A stretch of 64,000 nt of DNA from an uncultured delta proteobacterium (GTDB lineage: Bacteria > Desulfobacterota > Binatia > UBA9968). Both the position numbers and the translations under genes were made by a program. The notes under the pieces were generated by a model, which saw only the letters and a program-made list of their open reading frames with translations, was not told the origin of the DNA and searched no databases. The stretch is taken from NCBI GenBank assembly GCA_963727625.1, contig CAVSHR010000005.1:960001-1024000 (forward strand), in the 5' to 3' direction. This document shows positions 59,692-64,000 of this stretch, in pieces (position 1 is the first letter of the stretch; each line of letters opens with the position of its first letter).

Positions 59692-60378
59692 ATGAACACG
59701 AAAACTGAACCTAAAAAAACCGGCGGCATCGAGGCGGCCTTCGATGAGCGCTCCTACCCGACTAAGTCGTTCAACTTAAACGGGCTGCACGGCATCTCCG
59801 ACCGCACGCTCGAGATGCACTTCAAACTCTACGAAGGCTACGTGAAACAGACTAACCATCTGATCGAACGCCTATCGGGCTATTCAAAGAATGGCAGGGT
59901 TGAAGCGGCGGACTTCGACGTCTATTCGGAGCTTACCCGCCGCCTGGGATTCGAATACAACGGCATGATCCTGCATGAATATTATTTCGGCAACCTGAAA
60001 AAATTCGGCTCCAGCGATCCCCATGCCAATTCCGCGTTTTATCAAGCCGCCCAGTCAAGCTTCGGCAATTATCAGAACTGGCAAGCAGATTTCGCCGCTA
60101 AAGGGAAAATGCGCGGCATCGGTTGGGTTATTTGCTTCCAAGATCCTCACCGCGGCCGCCTGAGCAATCACTGGATCACGTCGCACGAAATCGGCAATAT
60201 CGCCGGTTTTACGCCGGTGCTGGTGATGGACGTCTGGGAGCACGCCTATTTGCTGGACTATCAACCGGCTGAGCGGCCCAAATATATCGAAGCCTTTTTC
60301 GCCAACATCAACTGGGAAACCGTCGAACGCCGCTTAAAAGCGCGCCAGAACGCAGCGCCGGAAAGCTCAACCATGTGA
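59692..60378 (+). CDS. sod: Fe/Mn superoxide dismutase family protein
   Basis: MHFKLYEGYV, LHEYYF.NL, DVWEHAY. Confidence 0.92.
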   Translation: MNTKTEPKKTGGIEAAFDERSYPTKSFNLNGLHGISDRTLEMHFKLYEGYVKQTNHLIERLSGYSKNGRVEAADFDVYSELTRRLGFEYNGMILHEYYFGNLKKFGSSDPHANSAFYQAAQSSFGNYQNWQADFAAKGKMRGIGWVICFQDPHRGRLSNHWITSHEIGNIAGFTPVLVMDVWEHAYLLDYQPAERPKYIEAFFANINWETVERRLKARQNAAPESSTM

Positions 60379-60449
60379 GCATGAGCACAGTTGAGTGCGA
60401 ATGTTTTTGCCCTCAAGACGGATCGGATGGAATTGAGGTGGAATGAAAA

Positions 60450-60526
60450 TGGTGGTCGCAGTAGGACTTGAACCTACGACCTCGCGCATGTGAGGCGCGC
60501 GCTCTAACCAACTGAGCTATGCGACC
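60450..60526 (-). tRNA. tRNA-Val(CAC)
   Basis: GGTCGCATAGCTCAGTTGGTTAGAGCGCGCGCCT-CAC-ATGCGCGAGGTCGTAGGTTCAAGTCCTACTGCGACCACCA; full cloverleaf with encoded CCA. Confidence 0.97.
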
Positions 60527-60534
60527 ACTGGGTT

Positions 60535-60563
60535 TTTCTAACACCTTGATCGGAAAGCTTCAA
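60535..60563 (-). promoter_or_regulatory. sigma70-like promoter of the tRNA
   Basis: Minus strand TTGAAG-N17-TAGAAA with extended TG. Confidence 0.45.
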
Positions 60564-60601
60564 GAATCCAAGGCGAATTAGCAGCTTCTCGGTCGGAAGC
60601 G

Positions 60602-60655
60602 TCATCGGCCCGCGCTGAAGTGAGCGGCAACGCCGCCCTAAGCGCGGGCCGATGA
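60602..60655. repeat. GC-rich hairpin with 15-bp perfect arms
   Basis: TCATCGGCCCGCGCT ... AGCGCGGGCCGATGA. Confidence 0.7.
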
Positions 60656-60919
60656 GTTTGCGCACCGCTCTCTTTCGCCGCGCGATCGGCCGCTTCGATA
60701 TCAGTCAGGATAACGGTTTTGCTTTAGATTAAGATCATAGAGTGGAGAGAGCGCTCCCGCCCCGCCGAAAGAAGCTAAAACCCGCTGTGATGATAAATAG
60801 TTTTGATCGAGGTGGCTGACCCGGCTTCCCATTATTAAACGAGCAGGACCAGGCAGCAGGCCGGGAATGAACTTCGCGCAAGGGCTCAATCGCCGGTGAG
60901 ATACGCGCCTCGATAGCCC

Positions 60920-62017
60920 TCATTGACGCGCCAATGACTGGCGCACTGATTCCGCGTCTTCTCGCGCGTCGAAGTGTCCAACCCGCACGCGATAATAAGT
61001 TTGTCCTTTCACCACGGCCTGAACCACGTAGCCATCGTAACCGTTGGCTTTTAACCGCCGCACCAAATTATCGGCAATATTTTTCGCGGGCGACGCGGAA
61101 ATCTGCACCGACCACTTTTTGCTCAAGTCGGTGCTTTCCGCGGAGCGAGCCTTCAAACTTGTTTTCGCCGGCTCCAACGGCGCTTGAGAGCCCGCCTCAT
61201 CCGTCGCGGAAGCGCTCTTCGCGGCGGGCCGCAGCGGGCCATTCGGGGTCGAGGCAGTTCCCTGAACCTCCGGTTTAGCTGGTGTCGGCTCGGCGCTTTG
61301 GTTCGCGAGCCCGCCGGGCGTGTCGATCGAAGCCACATTCTGCGGTTTCAATCCGATCCCAGCCGGAGCCGAGGCGGCGGGCTGCGTGATCGAATTCCGC
61401 GCCAGGGGTTTTTCGCCCGCACCATCCACTCGCGTTTGAATAATTTTGTCGGGGGGGTTACCCGGATAAAAGATGACCACCGCGCCCGCGACAAACATCA
61501 CCGTAAAAGCGCTGCCCTGCATCCGCTTAGAATAAAAACGCCGGCGAGCTTTTGGAAGCTTTTCACGCTCGTGCGCGGGAAATTCCTGTTGATCGGCGTC
61601 AGTTTCCGACTCCTGAGCACCCCGGCGCACGTCGCCCACCCTTGGGACGTTTGGCAGCGACCGGGTTTCGATCAACGCCGCTTCGGTTTGTAGCACCGGG
61701 CGGAATCTTGCGATCAGCTCATCCGCCTTGGACTTGCGTAATTCCGCCGCGCAGGGTTCAAAAGTAAAACCCGTCGGCCGTAGGTGCCGAGATTGAAAAT
61801 CAGTTTCGCTTTCGTGGCGCAGCAAGGCCTCCTGGATATTCGCCGACTCGCCGATCAAAACTTGGCAATTGAAGTTGAAGAGCCCATACACGCCGGACGT
61901 CGGCGGCGCGCAGGCCAGGATCGCCTCGCTGGTGAAACGGTCGCAACGACCTTCCGGATACCAGGACAAGCTCCAGCTCAGCGCCTCCTTGTCAATGTTA
62001 GCAACGCTCGGCTTCAA
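60920..62017 (-). CDS. SPOR-domain protein with N-terminal GIY-YIG-like domain
   Basis: APPTSGVYGL...LIGESANI; hydrophobic segment; Pro/Ala linker; WSVQISA...YYRVRVGHF; last strand EGYRGAYLT lies in a shifted frame ending at 60886. Confidence 0.75.
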   Translation of the reverse strand: MKPSVANIDKEALSWSLSWYPEGRCDRFTSEAILACAPPTSGVYGLFNFNCQVLIGESANIQEALLRHESETDFQSRHLRPTGFTFEPCAAELRKSKADELIARFRPVLQTEAALIETRSLPNVPRVGDVRRGAQESETDADQQEFPAHEREKLPKARRRFYSKRMQGSAFTVMFVAGAVVIFYPGNPPDKIIQTRVDGAGEKPLARNSITQPAASAPAGIGLKPQNVASIDTPGGLANQSAEPTPAKPEVQGTASTPNGPLRPAAKSASATDEAGSQAPLEPAKTSLKARSAESTDLSKKWSVQISASPAKNIADNLVRRLKANGYDGYVVQAVVKGQTYYRVRVGHFDAREDAESVRQSLARQ

Positions 62018-62455
62018 TATCCGCCCCTAAATAAATTTCATGGATAGCTTCTTGGTGTCGGTCCGATGGCAAAACTGATACATCCACAACGCAATTACTC
62101 TAAACGATTCCGGCGGATTTGTCACGACAGAATCAGTCTAGACCAGGCACACACGTGGGTAATTTTTTTAGCGTAATAAAGCGGCCGCCTCATCATGTTT
62201 TGCTTGACTGAGAACAAGCCTGCATATCGCGCATCCAATCGATTTCATTTGCACGCCGAGCGATGAGAGTCGAGCGCGGGAAAAAACAAAGAGAACGCGA
62301 ACCATTTTCTTGGCCCCTGGCGAAGGCTCAATGGAGATCGAGAATGCGCTGGGCTTGGGGTCTGCGCTTCGTCCACGTAGTAGATCCAAAAAAGTGGGTT
62401 GAACGAAAAAGGGTCGAGTCCTCTTTTGTACCGCCGAACCGAAGAGAGCAGTCAT

Positions 62456-62923
62456 TCAGGACGATGATTTCCAAAAATACGCGATGCCGTTGTTCCAGTT
62501 GATGGCGAACGCGAAATCCCAATCTGAATAGAACTCAAAACCTGAGGTCTTGAGCTGTTCTTCGCTGGAGTCGAGCGGAAGAGGACTCGCAAACGAAGGG
62601 TCACGATCGATTCGAATAGTCCAGCGAAAACCGGGTCGCACCCCTGACTCGATAGTAGAACGGTCGCTTGGATCGAAGCGGAAGCTGCCGAAGCACCGGT
62701 TGGTATCAAGGTCGTGCCACTCATGAATCAACGTCGCTGAACGCGGCAGCACAGAGGGCAGCCAGCCGTGGTCGTGTGACCCCCGAGCCTCGCTATACGC
62801 TCGGTAACGGTTCTCCTGAATCTCGCCCTCAGACAGCCAAAAGTAGAACGCTAGCAACGCAGCGCAGGACCCGAGCAACGCCACGCCCAGTACTACACCG
62901 ATCTTTGCCACGCCTAATTTCAC
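62456..62923 (-). CDS. Hypothetical membrane-anchored protein
   Basis: N-terminal hydrophobic stretch; GWLPSVLPRSAT.I.E.HDLDTN. Confidence 0.6.
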   Translation of the reverse strand: MKLGVAKIGVVLGVALLGSCAALLAFYFWLSEGEIQENRYRAYSEARGSHDHGWLPSVLPRSATLIHEWHDLDTNRCFGSFRFDPSDRSTIESGVRPGFRWTIRIDRDPSFASPLPLDSSEEQLKTSGFEFYSDWDFAFAINWNNGIAYFWKSSS

Positions 62924-62958
62924 AAATGCTCATGGGGGAAATAGGTGACCCCAATTTC

Positions 62959-63219
62959 TTACGTCTTATTTCTCTGCTTGATCCGCTGATTTAGCGACTC
63001 CAAGACGCCCGCATCGACGGCGGCGATCACGTCAATCGCCGCGTCCAGTTCTTCTTCCGTCAATCCCGCTTTCCTTGCGTCCGCAAGGCGGCGTTCCACT
63101 CACGGATCGCAGAGCCGCATCATCGCGACGGCGAGGCCCATCAGCATCTTTTCGCGGTCGGTGAGGCATTCGACGGCATGGGCGTCTCGATAGAAAGTTC
63201 GAAAATCCGCTTTTTTCAT
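62959..63219 (-). CDS. AhpD/carboxymuconolactone decarboxylase-like selenoprotein (CxxU), 86 aa
   Basis: MKKADFRTFYRDAHAVECLTDREKMLMGLAVAMMRLCDP-TGA-VERRLADARKAGLTEEELDAAIDVIAAVDAGVLESLNQRIKQRNKT; purine-rich RBS; TGA at 63102-63100; hairpin downstream. Confidence 0.85.
63066..63091 (-). promoter_or_regulatory. SECIS-like stem-loop
   Basis: mRNA CCUUGCG-GA-CGCAAGG (63088-63073) starting 11 nt after the UGA, with a possible CCGC/GCGG lower stem. Confidence 0.7.
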
Positions 63220-63240
63220 TCTCCCTGCTCCTTAAACAAC

Positions 63241-63305
63241 GGGGTACGGCATGCCGTACCCCTTTCTAGCCCGAAACCTCAGCCCTCAGCACTCATAACT
63301 CAGCA
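63241..63305. repeat. 22-bp palindrome plus 4 x 7-bp tandem repeat
   Basis: GGGGTACGGCATGCCGTACCCC; ctcagcc ctcagca ctcataa ctcagca. Confidence 0.7.
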
Positions 63306-63311
63306 CTGACT

Positions 63312-64000
63312 TCACGCCGGTTTCACCCCTGTGATCAGCGCGTAGGAAAAACTTCCCTTGATGTGCGTGTGATCGCCGTGGGAGTGCCAGGTGAAATAGT
63401 TTTTCTTCATCCGTTCCGCGAGCTCGGGCGATTCCTTTTCCAGCTCCAGCGCGGCTTCGAGCCAGTGGCGGCCGGTGGGGATGCCGTCCATCCCCTCCTG
63501 ATTGAACGAGAAGGACAAAACATTGCAGCGCGGCACCCGGTAGCCGGCTTTGGTCAGCAGGCGCTGGATGCTGCTCGCGGTGTGGTAGCGGAAATCGCCG
63601 CCGTGGGTGCGGCGGAAAACTTGATTGATTTTCGTTTCCAGGGCGATGTCGACGGAGTCCTTCGCCTCTTCGATAATCGGATCGACGACCACGAAGCGCC
63701 CGCCGTTCTTGAGCACGCGCAGCACTTCGCCGACCACCCCCGAAGGATTGCCGAAGTGATGCAGGCTAAACGACACAAAGGCGCGGTCGAACGTGTTGGT
63801 CTTGAACGGCAGCTTGTCGGCTTCGCCGGCGCTCTGCTCATAATGCGGTATGGGATCTTTGTGCTGATGGCCGACGTCGAGCATCGCCAGCGCCTGATCG
63901 ACGCCGACGATTTTTCCGTCTTGGAGATGTTTGGACAGCGGCCGAGCGATGCGCCCCGTACCGGTGGCCACGTCGAGCACCAGCTCGCCGCCTTTGAGCG
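63312..64000 (-). CDS. Class I SAM-dependent methyltransferase (UbiE-like), 5' end outside window
   Basis: VLDVATGTG, GVD, LPF...FD, LHHF, RVLKNGGR. Confidence 0.9.
   Translation of the reverse strand, partial: LKGGELVLDVATGTGRIARPLSKHLQDGKIVGVDQALAMLDVGHQHKDPIPHYEQSAGEADKLPFKTNTFDRAFVSFSLHHFGNPSGVVGEVLRVLKNGGRFVVVDPIIEEAKDSVDIALETKINQVFRRTHGGDFRYHTASSIQRLLTKAGYRVPRCNVLSFSFNQEGMDGIPTGRHWLEAALELEKESPELAERMKKNYFTWHSHGDHTHIKGSFSYALITGVKPA

Noticed and set aside
60450-60526. tRNA-Val as integration site of an island extending leftward
   Set aside because: No integrase and no duplicated tRNA 3' end noticed in the window.
60920-60922. TGA ending the SPOR gene as a second selenocysteine
   Set aside because: Readthrough gives non-family sequence; the missing SPOR strand is in a shifted frame, so an indel explains it.

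Overview
Bacterial chromosomal window, mostly GC-rich. The expansion of Rieske oxygenases, UbiD enzymes and NMT1/SsuA-type and TctC binding proteins suggests Candidatus Binatia or a similar deltaproteobacterial lineage (inference). Layout: (1) 1-11.2 kb, a visibly more AT-rich block with a signal-peptide-bearing Kelch/Ig/RHS protein running off the left edge, a 1371-aa multi-domain secreted partner, a LysR regulator, and an in-frame IS21/IS1182 chimeric transposase that truncates a WYL-like gene. (2) 11.5-19.5 kb, an aminotransferase pseudogene split by an intact IS1182-family element (18-bp IRs, 6-bp target duplication), plus an amidase, a PagL-like protein, a hydroxy-acid oxidase and a phosphoesterase. 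(3) 19.6-51.8 kb, a large catabolic cluster: 4 Rieske oxygenase alpha subunits, LigB-type dioxygenase, RraA/HMG, class II and DHDPS-type aldolases, 2 UbiD enzymes, 4 ComD-like and 3 ComE-like TPP subunits with non-canonical motifs, a heme-oxygenase-like diiron enzyme, a lone molybdopterin subunit and 5 NMT1-fold proteins, with no partner reductase, UbiX or cognate permease in the window. (4) 52-60.5 kb, a sigma54 two-component locus with four -24/-12 promoters, a superoxide dismutase and tRNA-Val(CAC). (5) 60.9-64 kb, a GIY-YIG-like/SPOR fusion, a methyltransferase, and an AhpD/CMD-like selenoprotein (CxxU plus SECIS-like hairpin) that the ORF track missed. All family calls come from motif recognition by eye; no searches were run.
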